Shown here: one piece after another, positions 45,720 to 55,896 of the stretch | Layout: each line of letters opens with the position of its first letter | Numbering within the stretch: position 1 is the stretch's first letter | Source: Candidatus Glassbacteria bacterium | GTDB taxonomy: Bacteria > Gemmatimonadota > Glassbacteria > GWA2-58-10 | Length of the DNA stretch: 64,000 nucleotides | Assembly (NCBI GenBank): GCA_963752515.1 | Contig: CAVVYO010000004.1 | Location: 449,225-513,224 of the forward strand | Direction of reading: 5' to 3' | Made by a program: the position numbers and the translations under genes | The notes under the pieces: generated by a model | Told to the model about the DNA's origin: nothing | What the model saw: the letters and a program-made list of their open reading frames with translations, nothing else | Databases searched by the model: none

Positions 45720-46511
45720 AGGAAGCAGGGCGATAGTATCCGGTTTTCCGAACGCTCCGCGCCACGGGACGAAGCTGCAACTTCTCCGCGGCGCTCGACT
45801 GAAACGATCCGCGAAGAAGCTCGAAGGACAACGGGGTGCCGTTCCAGGAGAAGTGGTTTGTGCATTTGTATCGCACGCCCGCTCCTGCCGCTTTAGCTTC
45901 GCCTTCCCGTCTTTCTTCCGAGCCGCATTCCTCCGCGGACAATCAATCGACCGTAACACAGGCAGCACCCGGCGACAGCCTTCCACCCGTGTGGTAAACG
46001 CTGACCGCCGGCCCAGCCGGTGCATTGCCCGGGCGTGAACCGCAAGCTGCAACTTGCCGCGCCCGGTGGGGAACATCCGCGAAGAAGCAGCTTGGGGGTA
46101 AGTTCCGCCAGAGCGGCGGGATCGCGCCGGGTCCGGATTCCGGCTTGTCCGCGGTCCCGCCGCCGCCATCGCCCCACCTCCTCCTTTGCCGATCCCTTCC
46201 CACGCTCCCGGCTCCAGCACACGACAAACAGCCGCAACTGTTTGTAGAGGGTTGAACCAGTTGTTGTTGGACCAGCTTCCTCCCGGTTTCCCGCCAAATG
46301 TTGTCTGGTCGCCGCCGATTGACATTTGCCCGCCGGTGACAGGGAGGAAGGATCAGCCCGGGAAGCTCCCCTCGGGTCGGCCCGCCGCGGCTCTGCGGCA
46401 AGCGCCGGCCCGGGGCCTCCCGGCGCCGGGACCGAGTTGTGCCATGCGAATCGGGAACATGGAGCAGCAGCGAAGGGAGCACCACATCTACCCGGAATCA
46501 AGGAGGATCTG

Positions 46512-48122
46512 ATGCCTGGACTGTCGATCAACACCAACATCCCGGCGATCCTGGCCCGGAGGCAGCTCAAGATCGCCACCGGCCGGATGACCACTTCTCT
46601 GGAAAGCCTGGCCTCGGGCCTGCGGATCAACCGCGCCGCGGACGATGCCGCCGGGCTGACCATCGCCGAGAACCTGCGCGCCCAGGTGGTGGGACTCGAC
46701 CGGGCCATCTCCAACGCCCAGGACGGGATCTCGCTGATCCAGACCGCGGAAGGGGCCCTCGCCGAGAACACCAGCATCCTGCAGCGCATCCGCGAGCTGT
46801 CGGTGCAGTCGGCCAACGGCACCCTGACCAGCCGGGACCGCCTGGCGATCCAGAACGAGGTCAACCAGTTGATCGACGAGGTGGACCGCATCGCCGAGAC
46901 CACCGAGTTCAACTCGATCAAGCTGCTCAACGGCAATGTCGGCGCTCTGGTCAGCACCTCCGACCCGGAGAGCATCGATGGGATCGTGGTGGGCAATGTC
47001 GGCACGGGCGGGGTCTACTCGATCACGGTCAGCGCCCAGGACCTGGGCCGCCTCCAGGTGCAGACCTCCGAGGTCTTCGTCACCATCGACTCCAACGGCA
47101 ATGTCTCCAATGCCGCGGACTCGACCCAGCTCCAGTCGATCAGCCGCTTCCAGGACTTCGGGGTTTTCGGCTCCGGCGTCGACAGCGTCACGATCAAGCT
47201 CGGCACCGATGCCTCGACCAACCTGGCCGATGTGACGATGTTCCGCACCGACACTTTGCAGGATGTCGCGGCGCGCATCTCGCTGGCGGTCAACGACACC
47301 ACCAGCAGCAAGGACCTGGGGCTGGGCGGGGCCGCCGCGGTGGGCGACCAGCTGGTCGGGATCGCCACCAATGTCGGCAGCGAGGATGTCACCCAGATGT
47401 TCGTCCTCACCCCCGAGCCCGGGCGCCGGATCACTTTCGGCGGCGATGCCTCGGCCCTCTCCGCCTTCGGCTTCTCCGAGATCCAGGGGGCCAAGAGCCC
47501 GATCTTCTCCCTGACTGTCACCGACATCGGGGCCAACGGCGGGGCCACCACCACCAAGAGCCTAAAGGTCAGCGGCAACCGGGCCAGCGGGCTGATCAAC
47601 GGCGTGGACCTCAGCTTCCGCACCAACCTGGACATCTCGATCGGCGGCAGCTCCACCCTGGCCGGGTTCAGCGTGGTCCGGCCGCTCTCGATCACCGGCA
47701 GCGCCAATTTCGTGCTGCAGGTGTCCCCGCGCCCGCTGACCTTCCACATCGGCTCCGGCGCCGGGCAGACCCTGTCGACCCAGATCAATACCATGAGCGC
47801 GAGGGCCCTCCAGGTGGACAAGATCAACCTGACCGACCAGAACCTGGCCAACCAGGCCGTGCGGGTGGTGGACAACGCGCTCAATGTGGTCTCGGCCCAG
47901 CGCTCCACCCTCGGCGCGGTGTCCAACCGCCTCCAGAGCACGATCTCCAACCTGGAAGTGGCCAACCAGAACCTCCAGGCCAGCGAGAGCCAGATCCGCG
48001 ACCTGGACTACTCGGACGAGATCATCGAGTTCGTCACCGCCCAGATCCTCAACACCTCGGCCACCAGCTTCCTGCGCCAGGCCAACGCGGTGTCGAACAA
48101 CGTACTGCAGCTGCTCTCCTGA
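46512..48122 (+). CDS. fliC: Flagellin (paralogue 4, 536 aa)
   Basis: AGGAGGA SD 4 nt before the ATG at 46512. MPGLSINTNIPAILARRQLKIATGRMTTSLESLASGLRINRAADDAAGLTIAENL plus a canonical C-terminus. The ORF-track start at 46326 is an upstream extension. Confidence 0.93.
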   Translation: MPGLSINTNIPAILARRQLKIATGRMTTSLESLASGLRINRAADDAAGLTIAENLRAQVVGLDRAISNAQDGISLIQTAEGALAENTSILQRIRELSVQSANGTLTSRDRLAIQNEVNQLIDEVDRIAETTEFNSIKLLNGNVGALVSTSDPESIDGIVVGNVGTGGVYSITVSAQDLGRLQVQTSEVFVTIDSNGNVSNAADSTQLQSISRFQDFGVFGSGVDSVTIKLGTDASTNLADVTMFRTDTLQDVAARISLAVNDTTSSKDLGLGGAAAVGDQLVGIATNVGSEDVTQMFVLTPEPGRRITFGGDASALSAFGFSEIQGAKSPIFSLTVTDIGANGGATTTKSLKVSGNRASGLINGVDLSFRTNLDISIGGSSTLAGFSVVRPLSITGSANFVLQVSPRPLTFHIGSGAGQTLSTQINTMSARALQVDKINLTDQNLANQAVRVVDNALNVVSAQRSTLGAVSNRLQSTISNLEVANQNLQASESQIRDLDYSDEIIEFVTAQILNTSATSFLRQANAVSNNVLQLLS

Positions 48123-48232
48123 AGATGGAGCAGGTGAGCGGCGGCACTGACAGCGGCAGTCCCCGCCCGCGGCGCGACGGCTGACCCGGCGCGCCGCGGG
48201 TCCGTCACCAGCCAGTGCCAGCGGAGGTGCCC

Positions 48233-48625
48233 ATGTCCGACCGGATCATGGCCCAGGAAGCGGCGGTGCGGCAGGCGCTCCTGTCGGCCCTCCCCAAATC
48301 CGCCGGCGGCCGCGCCGCCCCGAAATCCGAACCGGCCGACCCGCCGGCCGAGGCGCAGCGCTCCGCGGCCGCCGCGCGGCTCGCCGAGGAGCAGGCCCTG
48401 ACTCAGGAGCAGTCGGCCCGGCTGATCGCGGGCCTCAACGACCTGTTCCGCATTTTCGGAGTCGAGGCCCGCTACTTTATCGATCCGCAGACCGAGACCC
48501 TGGTGGTCCAGCTCCGCGACAACGAGACCCGTAAACTGATCCGCCAGATCCCGGACGAGGAGTTCATCTCGCGCATCGCCCACACCCGCGAGCTGATCGG
48601 CCTGCTGATCGACCAGCGGGCGTGA
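48233..48625 (+). CDS. flaG: Flagellar protein FlaG
   Basis: The C-terminal segment FGVEARYFIDPQTETLVVQLRDNETRKLIRQIPDEEF matches the FlaG family. It follows the flagellin array. A GGAGG SD precedes the ATG at 48233; the alternative GTG is at 48215. Confidence 0.8.
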   Translation: MSDRIMAQEAAVRQALLSALPKSAGGRAAPKSEPADPPAEAQRSAAAARLAEEQALTQEQSARLIAGLNDLFRIFGVEARYFIDPQTETLVVQLRDNETRKLIRQIPDEEFISRIAHTRELIGLLIDQRA

Positions 48626-48670
48626 AGCAGCACCCAACGGCAGGCGCCGGCGCGGCACCTCAGATTGACA

Positions 48671-48814
48671 CCCCCCGGCCCCGCTGTAAGCGGGGCCACC
48701 CCTCCAGGGGGGAGTTAACAGCATGCCGCCCAACCGGTTTTGCCGATGCCGGGGCGAAGCGGGAACACTCCCCCCTGGAGGGGGGTGGCCCGATGCCATC
48801 GGGCCGGGGGGTGT
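48671..48814. repeat. Two inverted copies of GC-rich repeat module C
   Basis: CCCCCCGGCCCCGCTGTAAGCGGGGCCACCCCTCCAGGGGGG, then GGGGCGAAGCGGGAACACTCCCCCCTGGAGGGGGGTGGCCCGATGCCATCGGGCCGGGGGGTGT. The same module occurs at 6808-6874. Confidence 0.75.
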
Positions 48815-48911
48815 AAGGATAGTCCCGGCCTAGCGGACAAACAACAAAAGAGCCACCGCCCCTATCCGGGCGATGGCTCTCGTCATTTCCGCTGCACTTG
48901 CTCCCGCGGCC

Positions 48912-50667
48912 TCAGGAACGCTTCCGGCCCCGGCCGGACCCGCCCCGGCCCTTGCCCGGCGCCACGCTCCCGCCCCCGGCCACCGCCGCCGCCGGCTGCT
49001 TGGCCGGGAGCGCGGGACCGTGGTACTTGCGGTTGATGTAGAGCTGCTGGGCCATCTGGAACAGGTTGAAGAAGGTGTAGTACAGCACCAGCCCGGACGG
49101 GAAATTCAGGAAGATGAAGGTCATGAAGAACGGCATGATGTAGAGCATCGGCTTCATCTTCGGGTCGGTCTGGGTCGGCGTGAGCTTCTGCGAGATGAAA
49201 GTGGTCGCGCCCATCACCACCGGCAGGATGTAGAACGGGTCGGGCTGGCTCAGGTCGTTGATCCAGCCGAACGCCGCGGCGCCGCGGAACTCGATGGTGC
49301 GCTGGAAGACATAGAACAGCGCGATGAACACCGGCATCTGGATCAGCAGCGGCAGGCAGCCGCCCAGCGGATTGACCTTCTGCTCGCGGTACAGTCGCAG
49401 GGTCTCGGCCTGCATCTTCTGCGGGTCATCCTTTAGCCTCCTTCATCTCGGCCATCATCGGCTGGATCTGCTGCATCCTGATCTGGCTCTTGGTGCTCTT
49501 GATGGTCAGGGGATAGAACACCACCTTGATCAGCAGGGCGAAGATCACCAGGATCAGCGCGTAGTTGGCGATGTAGCGGTGGAGCCAGAGCATGATCTCG
49601 AGCGAGATCTTGGTGAAGGGCTGGACGATCACCCAGCCGTACTCGAGGATCTTCGGCAGCCCGAAGTTGAGCGCCTTGACCTGCTGGTAGGACTGCGGCC
49701 CGACATACACCGAGTACGCGACCGGCTCGACACCTTCCGGCACCGGGAAGAAACCGCTGAAAGCCAGCTCGCGGGTCTCGGCGCTCCCGGCGGCGGACAG
49801 CCCGGTCATCGGCCGGTCGGGGACAAAGAACGTGGCCAGGAAGTACATGCTCTTAAGGCCGCCCCAGAGCACCGGCTCGTCCAGGGTCGGGGTCCAGCCG
49901 CCCTCGCCCAGGTCTTTCAGGTCCTTGGAAACCACCTCGCCATCGACATAGTAGGCGACCCCGTAGTCTTTGAAATCGGTCTTGGGGTCCTTCTCGTTGG
50001 AGACCAGGGTCGGGCCGAGCATCACCTCGAGGCGGTTGTCCCGGGCCCCGTGGAGCACGGGCGGCAGGTGCAGCTCGGCCTCGATCAGGTAGGAGTCGTG
50101 GCGGAAGCCGTAGACCAGCCGCAGCGTTTCGCCCCCCGGCAGGCGGTGGACCAGCTCCAGCGTCCCCTGCGGGTTGTTCGGCCCCAGTTCCAGCCGGCGG
50201 GTGCTGGGCTCGAACAGGCGCTCGCCCAGCTCGACCGGCTGGCTCGAGCCTTGCAGGTGCAGGCGGGCCTGGAGGAACTGGCTGCCGGTGAGCGGGACCA
50301 GTTGGACCGGCAGCCGCCGGTTGTCATCCTCCTGCTGCCCGGCGAACGACTGGTACTGCTTGAGCCAGGCCCGGGTCATCACCCCGCCGCGGGTGATGAA
50401 GTGGTACTCGTAGAGCTCGGAGCTGACCACCACCGTATCGGCGGCAACGGCTTCCATCGCGGCGGAGGGCTGCTCCCCCAGTTCCAGGGCGGGCGCGCCG
50501 GGCGTGGTCGCGGGCGCCGATGACCGCTGAACCGGCGCGGCGGTGTCCGCCTGCTGCTGCCCGGCCGTGGGCGGCATCCCCGGTTTCGGCTTGGGCGCCA
50601 GGAACACCAGGTAGCCCATCCAGACCGCGAACACCAGCAGCATGGCCAGGGCCGATCTCTTTTCCAT
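48912..50667 (-). CDS. yidC: Membrane protein insertase YidC (single 1-nt frameshift near 49425-49432)
   Basis: The N-terminal fragment runs [19 protein letters not shown]...[18 protein letters not shown]-stop. The C-terminal fragment [34 protein letters not shown]... follows in an adjacent frame. Removing one G in GCTAAAGGATGACCCG restores ...[12 protein letters not shown]... Confidence 0.85.
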
Positions 50668-50744
50668 GTTTTTTCCCTTATGGTTGCGGCAATCCGGTTG
50701 AACCGGCCGGAGGACCCTCGGCCGCCCGAACGGTAGCGACTGGT

Positions 50745-50972
50745 TCAGGGCAGATCGACTCCGCCCGGGTGGAAGGGGTGGCACTTGAGCAGCCGTTTCG
50801 CCGACCGCCAGGAACCTCGCAACGGCCCGTACTTGATCAGGCTCTGTCTGGCGTATTCCGAGCAGGAGGGGTAGAAGCGGCAGGCAGGCGGCAGCAGCGG
50901 TCCGATCGCCGCCTGGTAGACCTTCACCAGGGCCAGGAGCACCGCCCCCAGCGCTTTCTCGATGAGCTTCAT
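50745..50972 (-). CDS. yidD: Membrane protein insertion efficiency factor YidD
   Basis: [71 protein letters not shown] is the diagnostic YidD sequence. Confidence 0.9.
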   Translation of the reverse strand: MKLIEKALGAVLLALVKVYQAAIGPLLPPACRFYPSCSEYARQSLIKYGPLRGSWRSAKRLLKCHPFHPGGVDLP

Positions 50973-51340
50973 TTCCGGTCCTCCCCCCCGCCCGCTTCCG
51001 GGGCGCGCGGCGGGACCCGGCCCTCCAGCCGGGAGAAACGCTCCCGCAGCCCCGCGAAATCCAGCTCGTAGGCCCAGGGCTTGACCCGGACCACCACTTC
51101 CCAGCCGCGGGCCAGGGGCGCCGAAGTCCGCAACAGCTCCTGGAGCCGGCGCTTGAGACGGTTGCGGAGCACGGCGGTGCGGCCGAATTTCGGGACCACC
51201 ACCGCCGCCCGGCTGCGCCCGCCATCCGGCAGGGCCAGCAGGTGCAGCCGCAGGGAGTCTTGCGCCAGGCGCTGTCCCTCGGCCATCACCCGCTTGATCT
51301 CGCTGCCGCGGCGGATGGAGATTTTTCGCGCCAGTCCCAT
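50969..51340 (-). CDS. rnpA: Ribonuclease P protein component
   Basis: 123-aa basic protein ([24 protein letters not shown]) between rpmH and yidD. Confidence 0.88.
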   Translation of the reverse strand: MGLARKISIRRGSEIKRVMAEGQRLAQDSLRLHLLALPDGGRSRAAVVVPKFGRTAVLRNRLKRRLQELLRTSAPLARGWEVVVRVKPWAYELDFAGLRERFSRLEGRVPPRAPEAGGGEDRK

Positions 51341-51469
51341 GCTCTCCCCTGCCGCATCGCCGGGTGGGTCCCCAAGACAGACAAGCGGCCCACTCCGCGC
51401 GCCGGGCCGGAAGCACCGCCTCCCGCCCAGCCGTCAAGTGGACCGCCCCAATGGCCAGCCGCCTCGATC

Positions 51470-51607
51470 TCAGGACACGGTCAGGCGCTTGCGGCCGTGC
51501 CTGCGACGGTTATTGAGCACCTTCCGCCCACCCTTGGTGGCCATGCGGGCGCGGAATCCGTGCTTGTTGACTTTCTTGCGGTTGCTGGGCTGAAAGGTTC
51601 TCTTCAT
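51470..51607 (-). CDS. rpmH: 50S ribosomal protein L34
   Basis: [45 protein letters not shown]. Confidence 0.95.
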   Translation of the reverse strand: MKRTFQPSNRKKVNKHGFRARMATKGGRKVLNNRRRHGRKRLTVS

Positions 51608-51885
51608 GGTCCGGTCTCCGAATATGTTTTTGCAGCGGCGGATTTTCGCAACGCAAAGCCAGTAATATACTGCCCGGGCCAAAGCGATGTCAAGCCTTTC
51701 GCTACCGGACCGGCCGCCCGCGAGCCGCAGCTGACACTGCGGTCGTAAAATAACCGCCCCCGGCGCTCCGGGCCAGGAAAAACGCACGCGGCCCGCGCGC
51801 GAAGAGATTGACAAACCGGCACATCAATCGCTATTCTTGTTGTTTTTAGAGAGCGGTCGGTCCGACCCGTACCGGGCCGCGCCGG

Positions 51886-53593
51886 GTGACCTTTTCGGAA
51901 GGGATCGCGCCCGCGATGGAAGAGATGCTCAGAACCGCCGTGGACCAGGCTCTGCGGAAAATGGGAATCGAGAGCCCCCCGGACTACGTGGTGGAGAAAC
52001 CCAAGGACCCGCGCCACGGCGACCTGGCGGCCAATGTCGCCTTCCTGCTGGCCCGCAGCCTGCATCGCAAGCCCCAGGAGATCGGCCTGGAGCTGGTCGA
52101 GAAGCTGGAGCTGGACAGCCCCTACCTGCAAAAGATCGAGGTGGCGCCCAACGGCTTCATCAATTTCTTCATCGACCCCCGCTGGTGCATCGACCGGCTG
52201 GCCGAGGTCCAGCGCGAGGGCGAGCGCTACGGGCTGGGCCAGGCCCTGGCCGGGCGCAAGGTAATGGTCGAGTTCGTCAGCTCCAACCCCACCGGCCCGC
52301 TGACCATCGGCCATGGCCGCCAGGCGGTGCTGGGCGACTGCCTCAGCTCGGTGCTGGAGGCGCAGGGGGCGGCGGTCTGCCGGGAGTACTACTACAACGA
52401 TGCCGGCAACCAGATGAACATTCTCGGCCGGAGCCTGCGCGCCCGCTACGCCCAGCTCTTCGACCCGGCTTTCCCTTTCCCGGAGAACGGCTACAAGGGC
52501 GACTACATGCTGGAGATCGGCCCGCAGTTCGCCGCCATCCACGGCGAGCGCTACCGTCCCGCCGGCCCGGATGACCCGGAGCCCGACCCGGCAGACCCTC
52601 GGAACTGTTCCGCGGTTTCGCCGCCGAACGCATCCGCCGGTGATCGATCAGGACCTCAAGGAGTTCCGCATACGGTTCGATGTCTGGAGCCTGGAGAGCG
52701 GGCTTTACACCGAGGGCAAGATCGACAGCGCTGCTGGCGCTGCTGAAGGAGCGGGGCCTGAGCTATGAGCACGAGGGCGCGGTCTGGCTGCGCACCGCCG
52801 AGTTCGGCGACAGCGAGGACCGGGTGATTGTCAAGAGCACCGGCGAGCCGACCTATTTCCTGCCCGACCTGGCCTACCACATGGACAAGCACGAGCGCGG
52901 CTTCGATGAAGTAATCAATATCCACGGGGCGGACCACCACGGCTACGCGCCCCGGATGCTGGCCGGGATGAAAGCCCTGGGCTACCCCGAGGGCTGGCTG
53001 CGTTACGTGATCCACCAGATGGTCAGTTTCAAGGAGGGCGGGAGGCGGTGAAGATGTCCACCCGCGCCGGCCAGCTTTATCATGCTCAAGGACCTGTGGA
53101 CCAGGTCGGGGTGGATGTGGCCCGCTATTTCTTCGTGATGCGCAAGGCCGACAGCCATCTGGTTTTCGACCTGGACCTGGCCCGCAAGCAGTCCAATGAG
53201 AACCCGGTCTATTACTGCCAGTACGTCCATGCGCGGATCTGCAGCCTGACCCCCACCGCCCGCGAGGCCGGGCTGTGGAACGGGGACCGTCGAAATGTGG
53301 AAGGTTACAGCCCTCGCGCCTCGAACACCCCGAGGAGCTGGAGCTGATCAGCCACCTGACTCGATTTCCCGGCCCTGGTGCGCCGTGCCGCCCTGGCGCT
53401 GGAGCCGCACCACATGCCCTATTTCCTGGAGGAGCTGGCCCGCCGTTTCCACGCCTGGTACCAGCGCCACCGCATTGTCGACCGCGAGCAGCCGGAGCTT
53501 TCGCGCGACCGTCTTTACCTGGCCGACTGCGTGCGGTCCGCGATGGCCAACGGGCTGCGGCTGCTGGGAATCACCGCCCCGGAAAAGATGTGA
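51886..53593 (+). pseudogene. argS: Arginine--tRNA ligase, reading frame broken many times (probably assembly indels)
   Basis: ArgRS segments occur in successive different frames: PKDPRHGDLAANVAF...SSNPTGPLTIGHGR (HIGH-type motif); IDQDLKEFRIRFDVW; LLKERGLSYEHEGAVWL...GEPTYFLPDLAYH...HGADHHGY; KMSTRAG; [14 protein letters not shown]...[13 protein letters not shown]; EPHHMPYFLEELARRFHAWY...GITAPEKM-stop. The likely true start is the ATG at 51916. Confidence 0.85.
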
Positions 53594-53602
53594 GAGGAGA
53601 GA

Positions 53603-54517
53603 ATGCGCGATGACGCAACAGCCGAATGTAAGCCGGTGGCCGTCGGGAACAATCGGGCTGGACACGATCATCACCCCCTTCGGCAAAGCCGAGGGAGTGC
53701 TCGGCGGAAGCGGGATGTATATTTCAGTGTGGCGGCCGCGTGCTGGCCCCGGTGCTGCCTGGTGGCAGTGGCCGGCGAGGATATCGACCGATGAGCATGG
53801 AAGAGCTTCGCCGGCCAAACCTGGAGCTTGGCGGCGTGGCGGTGCTCGCCCGGGAAAACGTTCAGTTGGGGCGGCAAATACCACAGTGACGTCAACCGCC
53901 GCGACACTCTGTTCACCGAGCTGGGCGTGCTGGCGGGATTTGACCCTGAAGTGCCGGCCGACCGCGGCGACGGCCGGCACGGTATTCCTGGCCAATATCG
54001 ATCCCGGCTCGCAGTTGCGCGTACTGGAACAGATGGAAAAGCCCGAATTCGTGGTCACGGACACGATGAACTATTGGATCTCCAGCGACCTGGACCGCCT
54101 GCGCGAGGTGATCCGCCGCTCGGATTGCTGATCCTCAACGAGGACGAGGCCCGTCAGCTCACCGGTAAACTGAACCTGACCGCAGCGCTGAAGAGGTCCG
54201 GAAGATGGGGCCGCGAGACGTGGTATTGAAAAAAGGCGAGCATGGGGCGATCATGGCCGCGGGAGGATGACTGTTCGCCGCTCCGGGCTATCCCCTGGCC
54301 ACGGTGGTGGATCCCACCGGCGCGGGCGATACTTTCGCCGGAGGGTTTGTCGGTTATCTGCAGAACCGAGGGCGACGGAACACTGAGGCCTTGCGCCGGC
54401 GGTGATCTACGGCTCGGCGCTGGCGTCTTTCTGCTGCGAGGATTTCAGCATAAACCGACTCGCCGCCTTGAAATCAGAGGAACTGGAGGGACGGGTCCAG
54501 GCTTTCCGAACCTGGTG
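53603..54517 (+). pseudogene. PfkB-family carbohydrate kinase, multiple frameshifts
   Basis: Fragments KPVAVG/TIGLDTIITPFGKAEGVLGGSGMY, GTVFLANIDPGSQLRVLEQM...VVTDTMNYWI, LILNEDEARQLTG and VDPTGAGDTFAGGFVGYL (PfkB signature 2) lie in different frames. Confidence 0.65.
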
Positions 54518-54540
54518 AAATTTCTGTAAAAAGCTCGAAA

Positions 54541-54575
54541 CAAATCCCCTGTGTCCCCCTTTTAAGGGGCATTTA
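54541..54575 (+). repeat. Degenerate copy of GC-rich repeat module B
   Basis: CAAATCCCCTGTGTCCCCCTTTTAAGGGGCATTTAAG. Confidence 0.6.
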
Positions 54576-54663
54576 AGCCCGCACTGACAACCTAGGCGAG
54601 GTAGCTCGCGGATTGGGAACTGAGGTCGCTTTAACAATAAGCATACCTCAAATTGGGACAATT

Positions 54664-55715
54664 ATGAGTGTTAAAAAAAACAGAGCAGTTACGCCCGGGC
54701 GGGGTGGATATCGATGCCGCGAGCCGCGCAGTCGGAGGGCGTTCAAATCGAAAAGTAGCCGAGACTTTCACCTCCGGCGTGCTGAGCCAGGTGGGTAATT
54801 TCGGCGGGATGTTCTCGCTGGGGGGAGCGGCCTGGAGGAGCCCGTACTGGTGTGCAGCACGGACGGGGTCGGCACCAAGCTCATGGTGGCCCGCATGGCC
54901 GGCCGTCACGACACGGTCGGCCGAGGACCTGGTCAACCACTGCGTCAACGACATCATGGTCCAGGGGGCGCGAGCCGCTGTTCTTCATGGACTACATCAG
55001 CGTCGGCCGCTCTGCGCGAGGAGCACATCGCCGCGGTGATGGACGGGTTCGTCGCCGGCTGCAAGGAGAACGGCATCGCCCTGCTGGGCGGCGAGACCGC
55101 CGAGATGCCGGACCTCTACAGCGAGGACGACTACGACCTGGCCGGTTTCATCGTCGGCGTGGTGGACGCAAGAAGCTGATCACCGGCGAAAGAGTCGCGG
55201 CCGGGGACACGTGCTGATCGGGCTGCCCAGCACCGGGCTGCACACCAACGGCTACTCACTGGCCCGGCGGATAATTTTCGACCAGGGCGGCCATGCCGTG
55301 GCTCCGATCCGCTGCCCGGGGCGCGGGGCCAATTTCGGCGAGGCGCTGCTGGCGGTGCACAGCAGCTACCGGCCGCAACTGGAGGCGCTGTTCGAGCGCG
55401 GACTGGTGCGATGCCGCTGGCGCACATCACCGGCGGAGGCCTGACCGATAACCTCCCGCGGGTGTTTCCCGTCGACCTGGAGGCCGCATCCAACTCGGCG
55501 ACTGGCCGGTGCCGCGGATATTCGCTTACCTCCGGAGGCGGGACCGGTCGACCGAAGCGGAGATGCTGCGGGTGTTCAACATGGGGATCGGGATGGTGCT
55601 GGTGGTGCCGCGGGAGCGCGGGGATGAGGCGCGGAGTTTGCTGGAAGAGTTGGATGAACAATGTTTTGTGATTGGGGAGATGGCGCCCGGCCCGGGCCGG
55701 GTGGTCTATCTTTGA
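54664..55715 (+). pseudogene. purM: Phosphoribosylformylglycinamidine cyclo-ligase (AIR synthetase), multiple frameshifts
   Basis: PurM segments occur in changing frames: GVDIDAASRAV; VLSQVGNFGGMFSL; CSTDGVGTKLMVA; DLVNHCVNDIMVQGA; IALLGGETAEMPDLYSEDDYDLAGFIVGVVD; LIGLPSTGLHTNGYSLARR; AHITGGGLTDNLPRV; EMLRVFNMGIGMVLVV...VIGEM. An A8 run at 54675-54682 lies next to the start. Confidence 0.8.
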
Positions 55716-55755
55716 TCCCGATTTGACCGCGACCGTGTGAAGAATGCCGGCTGCT

Positions 55756-55836
55756 CCGGGGGAGGGAGGAACACCTTTTGGAAAAGGTGTTCCTCCCTCC
55801 CCCGGTCCCCCTCCCGCTTTTCCAAAACTTTTTCGA
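55756..55836 (-). repeat. Family-A intergenic hairpin element, copy 5 (inverted)
   Basis: CCGGGGGAGGGAGGAACACCTTTT/AAAAGGTGTTCCTCCCTCCCCCGG hairpin followed by ...CGCTTTTCCAAAACTTTTTCGAT. Confidence 0.85.
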
Positions 55837-55896
55837 TAGTTCAAGCTTGGCTATCGAACGACACCAAGTCAGCAAAAAAACAACAAAGGAATACCG

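Noticed and set aside
45321-46057. Reading AAGTTGCAGCTT (minus strand of box 1) as the -12 element of sigma54 promoters
   Set aside because: The upstream GG is one nt out of register in unit A and absent in units B and C. Sigma54 spacing is strict, so this interpretation fails.
45325-46325. ORFs inside the fla3-fla4 spacer (45325-45942 minus, 45463-46038 plus, 45699-46325 minus) as real genes
   Set aside because: The repeated boxes fall in different reading frames in different units, with spacing of 23, 25 and 27 nt. The translations are Arg/Cys/Gly/Pro-rich without motifs. No SD-like sequences precede the starts.
51608-51885. Replication origin next to rpmH-rnpA-yidD-yidC
   Set aside because: No dnaA gene is adjacent; argS is there instead. 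I found no TTATCCACA-like DnaA boxes or AT-rich unwinding element in the intergenic region.
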